From Gammaproteobacteria bacterium (GTDB lineage: Bacteria; Pseudomonadota; Gammaproteobacteria; SZUA-229), in contig JBFHWF010000002.1 of assembly GCA_041589175.1 (NCBI GenBank), forward strand, positions 9,843-73,842: a stretch of 64,000 nucleotides of DNA. Direction: 5' to 3'. Of the stretch, positions 1 through 10,736 are shown piece after piece. Below the pieces are notes generated by a model, which saw only the letters and a list, made by a program, of their open reading frames with translations, searched no databases and was not told where the DNA came from. Numbering within the stretch: the first letter of the stretch is position 1; each line of letters begins with the position of its first letter. Made by a program: the position numbers and the translations under genes.

Positions 1-1
1 T

Positions 2-1966
2 GTCGGCGACCCCTTCCTGCAGGATGAGTATTTTATGGACCTGCGAGCACTGGCAACAAAATTTGCAGTCGCCAGAATCGCCATGCTCGAAATGCCTCTG
101 AATGAAGATGAGAAACAACTACTCAAGGAACAGGGCAAGTTAACCGGCAAGGCGTTACCTTCTCAGGGTGAAATCAATGACCTGTTAAGTCAGAACAGGA
201 TCAGGGAAGCACAGGGCATTTTGATTAACAAGGCAATTCCAGCACAGGATCGAGTGCTGGAAAAGCTGGATGAACTCTATCAATACCAGAAAACAGCAGC
301 GCAGAGTGCAGCTGCAGATGGCAGGGAACGACAGTCAACAGCTATTCAGCTAATGCTTGTAGTGGCGAGTGCGGCATTGGGGCTTGGTGTCTTTATTGCT
401 GTATTCGTAGTAAGAAGAGCCAGCTATGAAACGACCCAGCGGGAAGTGCAGCTGGCCAAGATCAATCATATGAATGATGATCTTAAAAAGATTGCCAGTG
501 AAAAAGCAGCTGCACAGCAAAAAGCTGAGCAGGCGAATATCGCCAAGAGCACCTTCCTGGCAAATATGAGCCATGAAATTCGCACACCACTAACATCTAT
601 TATTGGCTTTTCTGAGTCCCTTATTGAAGATGATCTTTCGCCAGGGGAGCGGGATGATGTGGCCTATACAATCCTTGATTCGAGCCGCCATTTACTGGGT
701 GTTATCAATGATGTACTCGATCTGTCGAAGGTTGAAGCTGATAAGCTTGATATCGAAATGATTCCGGTGTCACCCGAAGAAATACTCAATGATGTCGTGA
801 ATATGGCAAAGCTTCATGCCGAGGCTAAATCAATCACATTCAATATGGACTGTGTGTCTCCTTTACCCGCTAAAGTCCTGACAGATCCGTTACGGGTTAA
901 ACAAATATTATTTAATATTGTTAATAATGCGATCAAATTTACCTACCAGGGTGGCGTGATGCTTCGTGTTCATTATTTGTCGAAAGAGGCAAAGTTCAGA
1001 TTTGAAATATCTGACTCAGGAATTGGCATGACTCGTAAGCAACAGAAGAAACTGTTCAGGCCCTTTGCGCAGGCAGACGCATCAACCACACGTAAATTTG
1101 GAGGAACCGGACTCGGCCTGCACATATCAAGTAAGTTGCTAGATGCACTGGGTGGGAATATACAGGTAGACAGTGAAATCAATAAAGGAAGTTGTTTCAC
1201 AGTTTCATTACCAGCTGAGATAGTTGAGGCCTCTAGTACAAAGTCACAATTATCCGAATATGCAGATGAGTTTACGGGGCACCAGATAGCTGGCCATGTA
1301 CTCGTTGCTGAAGACGTTGAAATGAACCAGAAGCTCATTTCGATGTATTTAAAGCGTCTTGGCGCTAATGTCGAAACCGCAGAGAATGGGCTGGTTGCAT
1401 TCGATAAGGCAATGGAAAAAAGTTACGATCTGATATTAATGGATATGCAAATGCCGGTCATGGACGGCTTTGAGGCAGTTCAGACACTAAGAGAACGAGG
1501 CTACAACAAGCCAATTGTTGCATTAACTGCCAATGCAATGAAACATGATCGGCAGAAATATATCGAGATGGGATGTGATGATTATCTACCTAAGCCGATC
1601 GACCGCCAGGCGTTTGGAGATACTGTCTCCCGATATCTTAAACAGGTGGGCGTGCAGCAGTCTGATAATTTAGCATCTGATGAAACCATTTTCATTCATC
1701 CAAAACTTGCGGGTTTTATTCAGACCTTTATCAGTCAGTTTCCCGAAATCATAAGTACTTTTCGAGATGCAGAGCAGAGTAATCAGCAAGACCTGTTGGC
1801 TCTTGAAGCTCATAAACTTAAAGGCCTGGGAGCAAGCTTCGGATTTCCGAGAATTTCAGAACTGGCTGAACAGATGGAGACCGTGCTAGAACAGGGTACA
1901 GATGATTTTTCTGTATTGATTGATGAACTACAGAAGGTCTTCGAAGAAATAAAGTCCTGTGCCTGA
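2..1966 (+). CDS. Hybrid sensor histidine kinase (TM, HisKA, HATPase, receiver, HPt), 5' partial
   Basis: The frame is open from nt 2 to the window edge. It has a TM stretch IQLMLVVASAALGLGVFIAVFVV, H-box SHEIRTPLTSI, G-box GGTGLGL, receiver DLILMDMQMPVMDG and a C-terminal HPt motif HKLKGLGASFGF. Confidence 0.85.
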   Translation, partial: VGDPFLQDEYFMDLRALATKFAVARIAMLEMPLNEDEKQLLKEQGKLTGKALPSQGEINDLLSQNRIREAQGILINKAIPAQDRVLEKLDELYQYQKTAAQSAAADGRERQSTAIQLMLVVASAALGLGVFIAVFVVRRASYETTQREVQLAKINHMNDDLKKIASEKAAAQQKAEQANIAKSTFLANMSHEIRTPLTSIIGFSESLIEDDLSPGERDDVAYTILDSSRHLLGVINDVLDLSKVEADKLDIEMIPVSPEEILNDVVNMAKLHAEAKSITFNMDCVSPLPAKVLTDPLRVKQILFNIVNNAIKFTYQGGVMLRVHYLSKEAKFRFEISDSGIGMTRKQQKKLFRPFAQADASTTRKFGGTGLGLHISSKLLDALGGNIQVDSEINKGSCFTVSLPAEIVEASSTKSQLSEYADEFTGHQIAGHVLVAEDVEMNQKLISMYLKRLGANVETAENGLVAFDKAMEKSYDLILMDMQMPVMDGFEAVQTLRERGYNKPIVALTANAMKHDRQKYIEMGCDDYLPKPIDRQAFGDTVSRYLKQVGVQQSDNLASDETIFIHPKLAGFIQTFISQFPEIISTFRDAEQSNQQDLLALEAHKLKGLGASFGFPRISELAEQMETVLEQGTDDFSVLIDELQKVFEEIKSCA

Positions 1967-1992
1967 CATCAGTTAGTCAGTACCGTTGTTAA

Positions 1993-3003
1993 CTACTCCG
2001 TGTATTCACGTAAAATTTTGCGGTAGTTCTCAAATCGCTCTGCTGTAATCTTCCCATCTTCCAGGGCCTGTTTGATTGCGCACTCGGGTTCCTGTTCGTG
2101 GCTGCAGTTAGAAAACTTGCAGTGACCGATATAATCTCGCAGTTCAATAAAGCCATGCAGTATGTCATCAGGTGAACTGTTCCATAATCCAAAGTCACGT
2201 ACACCGGGAGAGTCAATGAGGTTGCCGCCACAGGGCAGGTGATAAAGCGTTGAGCTCGTTGTTGTGTGTGTGCCTTCACCACTGGCTTCGGAAAGTTCGC
2301 CAACACGTATGTCGAGTTCTGGGAGTAGCTGGTTAATCAGTGAAGACTTACCAACGCCGGAAAGCCCGACAAATATACTGGTATGGGTTTTAAGTGCCAC
2401 ATGTAAATCGTCAAAGCCGTGGTCCAGTACATTGCTGGCAGTAATGACGTGGTAGCCGATAGTTTCGTACTGTTTTATGATCTGTTTGAGTTCGTTTCGA
2501 TTAGTGTCATCCAGCATATCAATTTTATTTAGCAGGATAATCGGAGTTGCTGGCAGGTTTTCGGCAGCCACCAGGTAGCGATCGATAAGGTAGGGGTTCG
2601 GTGGCGGCTGCACCGCAGAAACAATTACAATCTGGTTGATATTGGCTGCCATGGGTTTGAGTTTGCCACCAAAGCCAGGCTTCTGTAAGAGCGAGTCTCG
2701 CTCATCAACGGCAATAATCACACCTTCCTGTTCGCTGCTAGCCTGCCAGATAACACGATCGCCACAAACAATGGCGCCCAGATTCTGGCGTGCAACGCAT
2801 CGAAAGAGCTTGCAGTTTTCGTCTTCTATGAGCAGGGTCTGTCCGTAGTTGGTAATGACAAGGCCTGATTGCTCCTGTCCCAGGCCCTGGCTAGTCAGGG
2901 CGTCGGTTTTCTGTTGCTGATTTTTTGCGGCTTTCTCGCGGCGCTTATTCTGAATGTTCTGAATGCGCCTTTTTTGCTGATCACTGATACGCCGCTTTGC
3001 CAT
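1993..3003 (-). CDS. rsgA: Ribosome small-subunit-dependent GTPase A
   Basis: Circularly permuted GTPase motifs (NKID, GLSGVGKSSLIN, DSPG) and a C-terminal Cys/His zinc motif (CKFSNCSHEQEPEC). Confidence 0.9.
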   Translation of the reverse strand: MAKRRISDQQKRRIQNIQNKRREKAAKNQQQKTDALTSQGLGQEQSGLVITNYGQTLLIEDENCKLFRCVARQNLGAIVCGDRVIWQASSEQEGVIIAVDERDSLLQKPGFGGKLKPMAANINQIVIVSAVQPPPNPYLIDRYLVAAENLPATPIILLNKIDMLDDTNRNELKQIIKQYETIGYHVITASNVLDHGFDDLHVALKTHTSIFVGLSGVGKSSLINQLLPELDIRVGELSEASGEGTHTTTSSTLYHLPCGGNLIDSPGVRDFGLWNSSPDDILHGFIELRDYIGHCKFSNCSHEQEPECAIKQALEDGKITAERFENYRKILREYTE

Positions 3004-3056
3004 GCTAGACCATCTCTATTAGCGTTAACTGCGACGTGGCGTGTAGCATAGGTGAT

Positions 3057-3404
3057 TTAGAACTTGTAGTAGCGATCGTTAAGAAAGTCGATGACCGAAT
3101 TGGTTTCAGCCTGCGTCCACTCTGCACGGGCTGCGCCACGCATGCAATTGTTGACCTGGTTTTCCAGTGCCGACATGGTTTTTACCATTTTATCTTCACG
3201 CGTGTAGACCTCGTCTCGATGACAGCTGGTACATTTTTGCTCATGCAGGCTTTCGCCCTGGTGGTGTGGCGGAGTATTCGTTGTTTGTGCAATAGCCTTA
3301 CTCTCGATAGCCGGTGCTGATGTTGAGCTTTCTTCCGCGCAGGCAATAGCACTGAGAGAAAGGGAAATAACGATAATTGATTTTTTCATGGTTATGCTCT
3401 GCAT
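3057..3404 (-). CDS. Small secreted mono-haem c-type cytochrome
   Basis: N-terminal signal peptide (MKKSIIVISLSLSAIACA) and a single CTSCH haem-binding motif. The family is not identified. Confidence 0.55.
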   Translation of the reverse strand: MQSITMKKSIIVISLSLSAIACAEESSTSAPAIESKAIAQTTNTPPHHQGESLHEQKCTSCHRDEVYTREDKMVKTMSALENQVNNCMRGAARAEWTQAETNSVIDFLNDRYYKF

Positions 3405-3412
3405 AATGGTAA

Positions 3413-4654
3413 TCAGGATTGTTTTGCAAGGTGCGCAATGCGTACCGGTGCAGGAGGGTGACTGTCATAAAAACTGGAATACAAAGGATCCGGAGTGAGC
3501 GTACTGGCATTTTCCTTGTACAGGTTAACCAGTGCCTGAATCAGGTATTTTGCATCTGATTGTTGAGCGGCAAACTCATCGGCTTCAAATTCATTCTTGC
3601 GAGAGAACATGCTCATTAAAGGACTAAGTAAAAAAGTGAACACCGGCATGACCAGGCTAAATAACAACAGTGCCATATAGGTCGATGGTGTGCTGACTCC
3701 GAGAGCGGTATAGAACCACTCTGCCTTCATTAACCAGGCAAGTATGGCTAAACCAAGCAGTGTCATAGCGATGGTGATTGCCATGCCTTTGACAATGTGT
3801 TTACGTTTGAAATGGCCAAGCTCATGGGCCAGTACCGCTTCCAGTTCATCGTCATTGAGGGACTCAAGCAGGGTGTCGAAAAAAACAATACGCTTGTTTT
3901 TACCAAAGCCGGAAAAGTAGGCATTGCCGTGACTGGATCGCTTCGATCCATCAATCACAAATACACCGTTACTGTTGAAACCGCAGCGACTGAGTAATGA
4001 CTGAATACGCTTCAGGGTGTCACCTTCTTCCATGGGGGAGAACTTGTTGAAAATAGGGGCAATCCAGCTGGGGTAGGCCCAGGCGATAAACAGCGAGAAG
4101 CCGGTCCATACCAGCCAGGTATAGATCCACCAGAGTTCACCAGCCTGTTCCATCAGCCACAGTACCACCCAGATGAGTGGCAGGCCCAGAATGACCGCCA
4201 CCAGCGCGCCCTTGAAAATGTCGATGATAAAGGTTTTTGGTGTTGTGCGATTAAAGCCAAATTTTTCTTCGATAACGAAGGTTGAATATATTGAGAACGG
4301 CATATCCAGTAGTGCCGAGATGAGCATCATGCTGAAAATCACCAGTATGCCGGTTTGTATGGGGGAAAGTTCAAGGCCACGGGCTGCCTGGTCGAGAAGC
4401 TCCAGTCCACCGCCAAACGTCCAGAGTAACAGGATAGCTGCGTCGTAGAACAGTGGCCAGCGGCCAAAGGTGACTTTTGTCGTGGTGTAATCCGCTGCTT
4501 TCTGGTGCTCTTCGAGAGAAATTTTTTCGGCGAACGCCTCGGGCACAGCCGCACGATGTTGCTGAATATGCTTGAGGTGGCGTTGTGCCAGCCACAGTTT
4601 CACTACGATAGAAACGGCAAAAAATGCCAGAAAAACAATTGCAAATGTATGCAT
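3413..4654 (-). CDS. M48-family integral-membrane zinc metalloprotease (Ste24/HtpX-like)
   Basis: Multiple TM segments, an HELGH zinc motif and a downstream EFEAD motif. Confidence 0.85.
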   Translation of the reverse strand: MHTFAIVFLAFFAVSIVVKLWLAQRHLKHIQQHRAAVPEAFAEKISLEEHQKAADYTTTKVTFGRWPLFYDAAILLLWTFGGGLELLDQAARGLELSPIQTGILVIFSMMLISALLDMPFSIYSTFVIEEKFGFNRTTPKTFIIDIFKGALVAVILGLPLIWVVLWLMEQAGELWWIYTWLVWTGFSLFIAWAYPSWIAPIFNKFSPMEEGDTLKRIQSLLSRCGFNSNGVFVIDGSKRSSHGNAYFSGFGKNKRIVFFDTLLESLNDDELEAVLAHELGHFKRKHIVKGMAITIAMTLLGLAILAWLMKAEWFYTALGVSTPSTYMALLLFSLVMPVFTFLLSPLMSMFSRKNEFEADEFAAQQSDAKYLIQALVNLYKENASTLTPDPLYSSFYDSHPPAPVRIAHLAKQS

Positions 4655-4752
4655 TTATGATCCTGCTAAGAGCTTAAGTCTAAACCGATTATCGCTTTTC
4701 TGACTAAAATGTTCTACTGTGTATTTTTTGCTTATTCTGTCGGGAGAAATTT

Positions 4753-5301
4753 ATGCCACAAGTGGATTCGAATAATCTGATCTGGATCGATCTGGAAATG
4801 ACGGGGCTTGAGCCAGCCACCGACCTGATTATCGAGATAGCCACCATTGTGACCGACAAGGACCTGAATATTCTCGCGGAAGGCCCGACGATAGCTGTGC
4901 ACCAGTCTGATGAGGTTCTTAGTGGTATGGATGAGTGGTGTACGACACAACATGGTAAGTCGGGACTAACACAACGGGTTAAGGATAGCCAGATTTCAGA
5001 GGCTGAGGCAGAAAAGCAGACGATCGCATTTCTGCAGCAGTATGTACCCAAAGGGGCATCACCGATGTGTGGCAACAGCATCTGCCAGGACCGTCGCTTT
5101 ATGGTGAACTATATGCCTGAGCTGGAGGCCTTCTTTCATTACCGTAATCTCGACGTGAGTACCATTAAGGAGCTGGCGCGTCGCTGGTCACCCGAGGTCT
5201 ATAACGGCTTTACAAAGGAATCCTCGCATCTGGCCATGGATGATATCAAGGATTCCATCAATGAGCTGATCTATTACCGCGAGCATGCATTAAAAATTTA
5301 A
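4753..5301 (+). CDS. orn: Oligoribonuclease
   Basis: DEDDh exonuclease motifs: [12 protein letters not shown] at the N-terminus and [11 protein letters not shown] near the C-terminus. The size (182 aa) is typical. Confidence 0.95.
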   Translation: MPQVDSNNLIWIDLEMTGLEPATDLIIEIATIVTDKDLNILAEGPTIAVHQSDEVLSGMDEWCTTQHGKSGLTQRVKDSQISEAEAEKQTIAFLQQYVPKGASPMCGNSICQDRRFMVNYMPELEAFFHYRNLDVSTIKELARRWSPEVYNGFTKESSHLAMDDIKDSINELIYYREHALKI

Positions 5302-5328
5302 TGCCATGCAGTAAGTTAATTACCGGAG

Positions 5329-6156
5329 TTAGTCTGTCTCGATCGGTGTATCGGGCCGGTTTCCCCATTCGCTCCATGAGCCAGGATAGCCGCGTACTTT
5401 GTCGTAACCCAGATATTTCAGCATCAGGTATGAGAGAGACGAGCGGTGATGACTCTGGCAGTAAACGATGATCTCCCTGTCCTTGCCCAGCCCCTGTTGA
5501 TCCAGCATGTTCTGTAATGTTTCCCTCGGCAGGAAGCGGTAATTACGTTCCGCATCCAGTCCCCGTGTCCACTCGAAGTGGCGTGCTCCCGGTATCCGGC
5601 CGGGGCGCTGGGCATAACGAGCGGTTCCGTTGTACTCTTCGAAGCTACGAGCATCCAGCAGGCCAATATCGCCTTTTTCCAGATGCTCTAGAATGTACTC
5701 GGTGTCAGCGACCACGGGCTGGCGACTGAAATCCACCGGATAGTCCTGTGTTGCGGGCTGGCTGGTTTCCTGCTGGTTGCTGAGTGGATACTCCTCTCGG
5801 TACCAGGCGATCAGACCACCATTTAACTGGCTGGTCTTTTCGTGCCCGGTTGCGTGCAGGGTCCAGAGCAGGCGTGCCGCCTTGCCACCACCTTCTTCGT
5901 CGTAGGCAATAACGTGGGTATCTGGGGTAATGCCGAGGTTTTTCAGGATATGGCCAAACGTCCCGGGATCGGGTAGCAGGCCGGTAAAGGGGCGATTCAT
6001 GCCAACGATATGACCGTAATCGAGGAACAGTGCGCCAGGAATATGCGCCTGTACATATTGATGATGCGTCGATAAATCAATCAGGCAAATATTCGCTTCG
6101 CCCATGACAGCTTTTAGCTGTTCGGGCTCAATCACCAGGGGGAGGTTTTCAGTCAT
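5329..6156 (-). CDS. Two-domain rhodanese-type sulfurtransferase
   Basis: Tandem rhodanese architecture with an active-site loop YCQSHHRSS. It overlaps the nadB stop by 4 nt. Confidence 0.75.
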   Translation of the reverse strand: MTENLPLVIEPEQLKAVMGEANICLIDLSTHHQYVQAHIPGALFLDYGHIVGMNRPFTGLLPDPGTFGHILKNLGITPDTHVIAYDEEGGGKAARLLWTLHATGHEKTSQLNGGLIAWYREEYPLSNQQETSQPATQDYPVDFSRQPVVADTEYILEHLEKGDIGLLDARSFEEYNGTARYAQRPGRIPGARHFEWTRGLDAERNYRFLPRETLQNMLDQQGLGKDREIIVYCQSHHRSSLSYLMLKYLGYDKVRGYPGSWSEWGNRPDTPIETD

Positions 6157-7775
6157 GGGGTTTCCGGTTGTAAAACGGTGTTTCCCGGTGGCTCGCTGCT
6201 GAGACCGGGATAATCCAGGGTGTAGTGCAGTCCACGGCTTTCCTTGCGCTGTTGTGCACTGCGAATGATCAGGTCGGCTACCACTGCAAGGTTACGCAGT
6301 TCGAGCAGATCCGCTGTCACGCGGAAATTGCCATAGTACTCGTCGATTTCCATCAGCAGTAGATCAACGCGTCGGCGCGCACGTTGCAGGCGCTTGTCGG
6401 TTCTGACAATGCCAACATAGTCCCACATAAAGCGGCGCAGCTCTTCCCAGTTGTGGGAAACCACGACTTCTTCATCCGAGTCGGTTACCCGGCTTTCATC
6501 CCAGTCCTTGATCGTGTCCCATTGATATGGTGTGGCCCGGTTTTCGATGATGTGGCGCGCGGCAGCACGGGCAAACACCAGGCACTCCAGCAGCGAGTTG
6601 CTGGCCATGCGGTTGGCGCCATGCAGGCCGGTGAAGGCGGTTTCGCCAATTGCATAGAGGTTTTCGATGTCGGTCATGCCATTCAGGTCGGTCATTATGC
6701 CACCACAGGTATAGTGGGCGGCGGGTACGACCGGTGCCGGCTGCTTCGTCAGGTCAATTCCGTATTCCTTGCAGCGAGCATAAATAGTCGGGAAGTGAGA
6801 GCGGATAAATGCCGCAGGTTTATGGCTGATATCCAGATACAGACAGTCCACACCCAGGCGCTTCATTTCGTGGTCGATGGCGCGAGCGACGATATCACGG
6901 GGTGCCAGCTCTGCGCGCTTATCGAAGTTCTGCATAAAGCGCTTACCATCGGGCAGCAGCAGGTGCCCACCTTCACCGCGCAGGGCCTCGGTGAGCAGGA
7001 ATGACTTGGCATCCGGGTGATACAGGCAGGTCGGATGGAACTGCATGAATTCCATATTGGCGACCCGGCAACCGGCACGCCAGGCCATGGCGATACCATC
7101 ACCGGTGGAGCCATCGGGGTTGGAGGTATACAGGTATACCTTGCTGGCACCACCCGATGCGAGTATCACATAACGGGCCTGGAAGGTTTCTACACACTGA
7201 CGCTGCTTATCCAGCACATAGGCACCGATGCAGCGGTCATGATCCAGACCGAGTTTTTTGCCGGTAATCAGGTCAACTGCAATATGGTGTTCGAAGATTT
7301 CGATATTGCCATTATGCCGGGCATGGTTGATCAGCGTGGTTTCCAGGGCCTTACCGGTGGCGTCCGCCGCATGAATCACCCGCCGATGACTGTGGCCACC
7401 CTCACGTGTGAGGTGCCAGGTTTTACGCCCATCGGCGTGTTTGTCGGTGGTGAAGGGAACACCGAGGCTGGAGAGCCAGTCGATCGAATCCGGACCATTC
7501 TCCACGGTAAAGCGTACTGCCTCCTCATCACACAGCCCGCCACCTGCATTCAGGGTGTCCTGGATATGGGATTCGAAGGAGTCCTCGTCTCGTAGAACCG
7601 CCGAAATGCCGCCCTGGGCATAATAGGTGCTGCCCTCGGTATCCTGTTCCTTGGTGATCACGGCAACTTTCATACTGGTGGGTAAATTCAGCGCCAGACT
7701 GAGGCCAGCGGCGCCACCACCGATGATGAGAACTTCGTGGCGAAAGGATTGTCTATTAGTCAACGTGTTGGACAT
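6153..7775 (-). CDS. nadB: L-aspartate oxidase
   Basis: FAD-binding motif [12 protein letters not shown] and succinate dehydrogenase/fumarate reductase flavoprotein-like motifs. It is divergent from rpoE, as in many gammaproteobacteria. Confidence 0.95.
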   Translation of the reverse strand: MSNTLTNRQSFRHEVLIIGGGAAGLSLALNLPTSMKVAVITKEQDTEGSTYYAQGGISAVLRDEDSFESHIQDTLNAGGGLCDEEAVRFTVENGPDSIDWLSSLGVPFTTDKHADGRKTWHLTREGGHSHRRVIHAADATGKALETTLINHARHNGNIEIFEHHIAVDLITGKKLGLDHDRCIGAYVLDKQRQCVETFQARYVILASGGASKVYLYTSNPDGSTGDGIAMAWRAGCRVANMEFMQFHPTCLYHPDAKSFLLTEALRGEGGHLLLPDGKRFMQNFDKRAELAPRDIVARAIDHEMKRLGVDCLYLDISHKPAAFIRSHFPTIYARCKEYGIDLTKQPAPVVPAAHYTCGGIMTDLNGMTDIENLYAIGETAFTGLHGANRMASNSLLECLVFARAAARHIIENRATPYQWDTIKDWDESRVTDSDEEVVVSHNWEELRRFMWDYVGIVRTDKRLQRARRRVDLLLMEIDEYYGNFRVTADLLELRNLAVVADLIIRSAQQRKESRGLHYTLDYPGLSSEPPGNTVLQPETP

Positions 7776-7804
7776 TCTACTTTAATAACAAAGGTTGAGG
7801 CTTT

Positions 7805-8554
7805 ATGTCAGTTATCGAATCAGGTATTGTTGCTGGTTTTGGACGTGATGTTACACCAATTCCGGCAATTGCGCCCAAAACAACCATGAAAACCAGCCCT
7901 GGCTTACAGAAATTGAATCAGCAAGAATCATCACAGGACGTGTCCACATCTGACAAGGCCCGCTCCAGCGAGCGTCAAATAGACCAGTCACTGGTTGAAC
8001 GTGTGCAACAGGGCGATAAAAAAGCCTATGATGTTCTGGTGCTAAAATACCAGCATCGCATCATTAAACTGGTGGCACGCTTCATACGCGATGCCGACGA
8101 AGTTCAGGATGTTGCTCAGGAAGCCTTTATCAAGGCCTATCGAGCACTGAAAAACTTTCGTGGGGATAGTGCCTTCTATACCTGGTTATATCGAATTGCC
8201 ATTAATACTGCCAAGAATCATCTGGTATCGGCCAGTCGTCGTGCCACGGAGTCGGCGGTTGATGCGCAGGATGCCGAGCAGTACGACAGTGGTGACTGGC
8301 TGCGTGAATACGGGACACCGGAAAAAGAGCTACTGGCGAACGAGATCAGGCAGGTTATTTATAAAACTATCAGTGATCTGCCATCAGACCTGAAAGAAGC
8401 CATAACCCTGCGTGAAATGGAAGGCCTGAGTTATGAAGAAATTGCGGAGGTGATGGACTGCCCGATTGGTACGGTACGTTCCCGAATTTTCCGCGCACGT
8501 GAGGCGATTGATAACCAGCTCAAACCCCTGCTGGACGGACAGAACAAGAAGTAG
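7805..8554 (+). CDS. rpoE: ECF sigma factor sigma-E (RpoE/AlgU), with a possible N-terminal extension
   Basis: LVERVQQGDKKAYDVLVLKYQHRI plus region 4 (LREMEGLSYEEIAEVMDCPIGTVRSRIFRAREA). Alternative in-frame starts exist at 7886 (ATG) and 7940 (GTG). Confidence 0.9.
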   Translation: MSVIESGIVAGFGRDVTPIPAIAPKTTMKTSPGLQKLNQQESSQDVSTSDKARSSERQIDQSLVERVQQGDKKAYDVLVLKYQHRIIKLVARFIRDADEVQDVAQEAFIKAYRALKNFRGDSAFYTWLYRIAINTAKNHLVSASRRATESAVDAQDAEQYDSGDWLREYGTPEKELLANEIRQVIYKTISDLPSDLKEAITLREMEGLSYEEIAEVMDCPIGTVRSRIFRAREAIDNQLKPLLDGQNKK

Positions 8555-8562
8555 GTAGACGC

Positions 8563-9213
8563 ATGAAATCATCAGACATCAAACGAGAAGAACAGTTATC
8601 CGCATTGCTTGATAACGGCCTGGATGCCGACCAGTTGCAGGACTTTATGCAGGATCTCAAGCGCGACCCGGTAGATGATGCAGAACGCAGCCAGCGTTAC
8701 CGAATGATTGGTGATGCCATGCGTGATGAACTGGATGTGTCATCGTTTATGGACATCAGTGCATCGGTACATCGAGCTATCGAGCAGGAGCCTGATTGTG
8801 AGCCTGCTCCGCTGAAATCAGTCGGTGTATTGCAAGTCATCAGTCAACGTATGCAGCAGTGGCTTAAACCTCTCACAGGTGCAGCGGTTGCCGCTTCTGT
8901 GGCCATGTTGACCGTGTTTAGTTTTAATGCGGTGCAGACAGAAAAGGCCGATGAGTCGTTACAGGTTGCGCAGCAGGCAGTTCCGCAGAAGGTGAGCCCT
9001 GAAATTTCACGTAATGTGCGTGTCGCATCCACTGTTACGCCCGTAAAGCGTCCTCTGGAGCAGCAGAAACAGTTGAATAGCTATATGCTGCAACATTCGG
9101 GCTATGCCAGTCAGGCAACTATGCAGGGTATGATGCCATACGTTCGTGCGGCAGACCTTAAGGCGCAGGAAACGGTTCTGGAAGCGGGCCTTGAAATGGG
9201 GAGTGGAAACTGA
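8563..9213 (+). CDS. rseA: Anti-sigma-E factor RseA/MucA
   Basis: RseA N-domain signature (EQLSALLDNGLD...RYRMIGDAMR), a central TM segment, and its position after rpoE. Confidence 0.8.
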   Translation: MKSSDIKREEQLSALLDNGLDADQLQDFMQDLKRDPVDDAERSQRYRMIGDAMRDELDVSSFMDISASVHRAIEQEPDCEPAPLKSVGVLQVISQRMQQWLKPLTGAAVAASVAMLTVFSFNAVQTEKADESLQVAQQAVPQKVSPEISRNVRVASTVTPVKRPLEQQKQLNSYMLQHSGYASQATMQGMMPYVRAADLKAQETVLEAGLEMGSGN

Positions 9214-9238
9214 TCAAACCACAGGGCATTCATCGTCC

Positions 9239-10294
9239 ATGCTAAATCTAATTATGACAGCTAACCCAGGACGCATCGTTCAGCTCCTTATGATAATGGT
9301 GTTATGTGCGCCAGTTGCTGTCATGGCGGATACCGCAGCTGAGCGAGTGCGTCTGGCCGAGATGCTGAACCTGCCTGAGCAGTCCCAGGTAGCACCGCTC
9401 AGGCAGTCATTATCCGTTGACCGATGGCTCGATAAAATGAGTCAGGCCAGTCGGCTGCAGAATTATCGCGGCACCCTGATTATTCGTCAGCAGGACCGCT
9501 TACAGGCGATACGTGTTAATCAGGGGGTTACCGAGGAAGGTAGCTGGCAAACCCTGCAGTCCCTGAGTGGGGAAGCACAGAACATCTTTCGTCAGAACGA
9601 TCAGGTAACCAGCATCTTTCCTGCCAAAAAGCTGGTGACAATCAGTGGTGATTCGGCACTAGCACCCTTGCATCCTATTCTCCCGCAGAACCGCCGCATA
9701 CTCACCCGATACTATAGCCTGAGCCTGGGTGGGCAGGATCGGGTCGCAAATAAACTGGCACAGATCATAGAAATGAAACCCCTCGACGGGCATCGATATG
9801 GCTATGTGTTCTGGCTTGATCAGGAGACCGGGTTGTTGCTCAAGTGCGACCTGATGGATACTCAGGGCAATATCCTCGAACAACTGATGTACAGCGAACT
9901 GGAGTTGCTCGACGAGGCACCGCAACTGCCGCTGGATGTGCAGCATCTGCAGGGCTATACCACTTTGAATCTCCGTAAACACCATCAGCCGGTGGCTGCC
10001 AGCTGGCAGGCCGCACAATTGCCTGATGGCTTTATGCTTAAGCGATCTATGCGTTTTACTGCACCCGGCAGGCAACAGTCCCACCACCTGGTATATACTG
10101 ATGGCATGGCCTCGGTGTCTGTTTTTGTAGAAACCGAAAAGCCAGCACAGGCAGTGCAGGGGCCGTCCCGAATGGGGCCGGTTAATGCGTTTAGTGCTTT
10201 GCGGGGTGGTGCCTTTGTGACGGCCATAGGTGAAGTGCCAGGCGTCACCGTACAGATGATTGCCGAATCGATGCAGGTTGAAAGCAATGATTGA
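9239..10294 (+). CDS. rseB: Sigma-E regulatory protein RseB/MucB
   Basis: Signal peptide (LLMIMVLCAPVAVMA) directly after the internal ATG at 9239, and its position in the rpoE operon. The ORF-track start at 9146 overlaps rseA. Confidence 0.75.
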   Translation: MLNLIMTANPGRIVQLLMIMVLCAPVAVMADTAAERVRLAEMLNLPEQSQVAPLRQSLSVDRWLDKMSQASRLQNYRGTLIIRQQDRLQAIRVNQGVTEEGSWQTLQSLSGEAQNIFRQNDQVTSIFPAKKLVTISGDSALAPLHPILPQNRRILTRYYSLSLGGQDRVANKLAQIIEMKPLDGHRYGYVFWLDQETGLLLKCDLMDTQGNILEQLMYSELELLDEAPQLPLDVQHLQGYTTLNLRKHHQPVAASWQAAQLPDGFMLKRSMRFTAPGRQQSHHLVYTDGMASVSVFVETEKPAQAVQGPSRMGPVNAFSALRGGAFVTAIGEVPGVTVQMIAESMQVESND

Positions 10295-10718
10295 AGAGAC
10301 GGCCGAAGTGGTCGCTGTCGAAGGTGATATTGCCGTTCTGCGAACCGAACGTCAGAGTGCCTGCAATAGTTGCTCGGTTAAAAGCGGGTGTGGCACATCC
10401 GTGCTCTCGCGCGTAGTGGGTCAACGCAGTTCACAGGTTGAAGTCAGTAACACCTTGCAGCTTGAGGTGGGTGAACGGGTTGTTGTCGCTATCGAAGAGC
10501 AGGCTCTGGTAAAAGGTTCGTTACTGATTTATCTACTGCCTCTGCTGATTATGTTAGTGGCTGGTGTTGTTGCCGAGATGTTATTTGCCCGTGAAGTGGT
10601 GACCCTGATTGCGGCCCTGTCAGGCCTGTTGATTTCAGTTGTGCTCGTGCGGACATTGCTGGCTGTTACCGGTTTAAATCACGCTATTCGCCCCCAGCTT
10701 ATCCGGCGTATACCCTGA
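10287..10718 (+). CDS. rseC: RseC/MucC-family protein
   Basis: N-terminal Cys cluster (CNSCSVKSGCG) followed by two TM helices, and its position after rseB. Confidence 0.7.
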   Translation: MIEETAEVVAVEGDIAVLRTERQSACNSCSVKSGCGTSVLSRVVGQRSSQVEVSNTLQLEVGERVVVAIEEQALVKGSLLIYLLPLLIMLVAGVVAEMLFAREVVTLIAALSGLLISVVLVRTLLAVTGLNHAIRPQLIRRIP

Positions 10719-10736
10719 ATTCATGTAATTAACGAG

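Noticed and set aside
6384-7595. Two long plus-strand ORFs (206 and 192 aa) inside nadB.
   Set aside because: They are antisense to an unmistakable L-aspartate oxidase gene. The translations are Gly/Val/His-rich with no motifs, which is typical of shadow ORFs.
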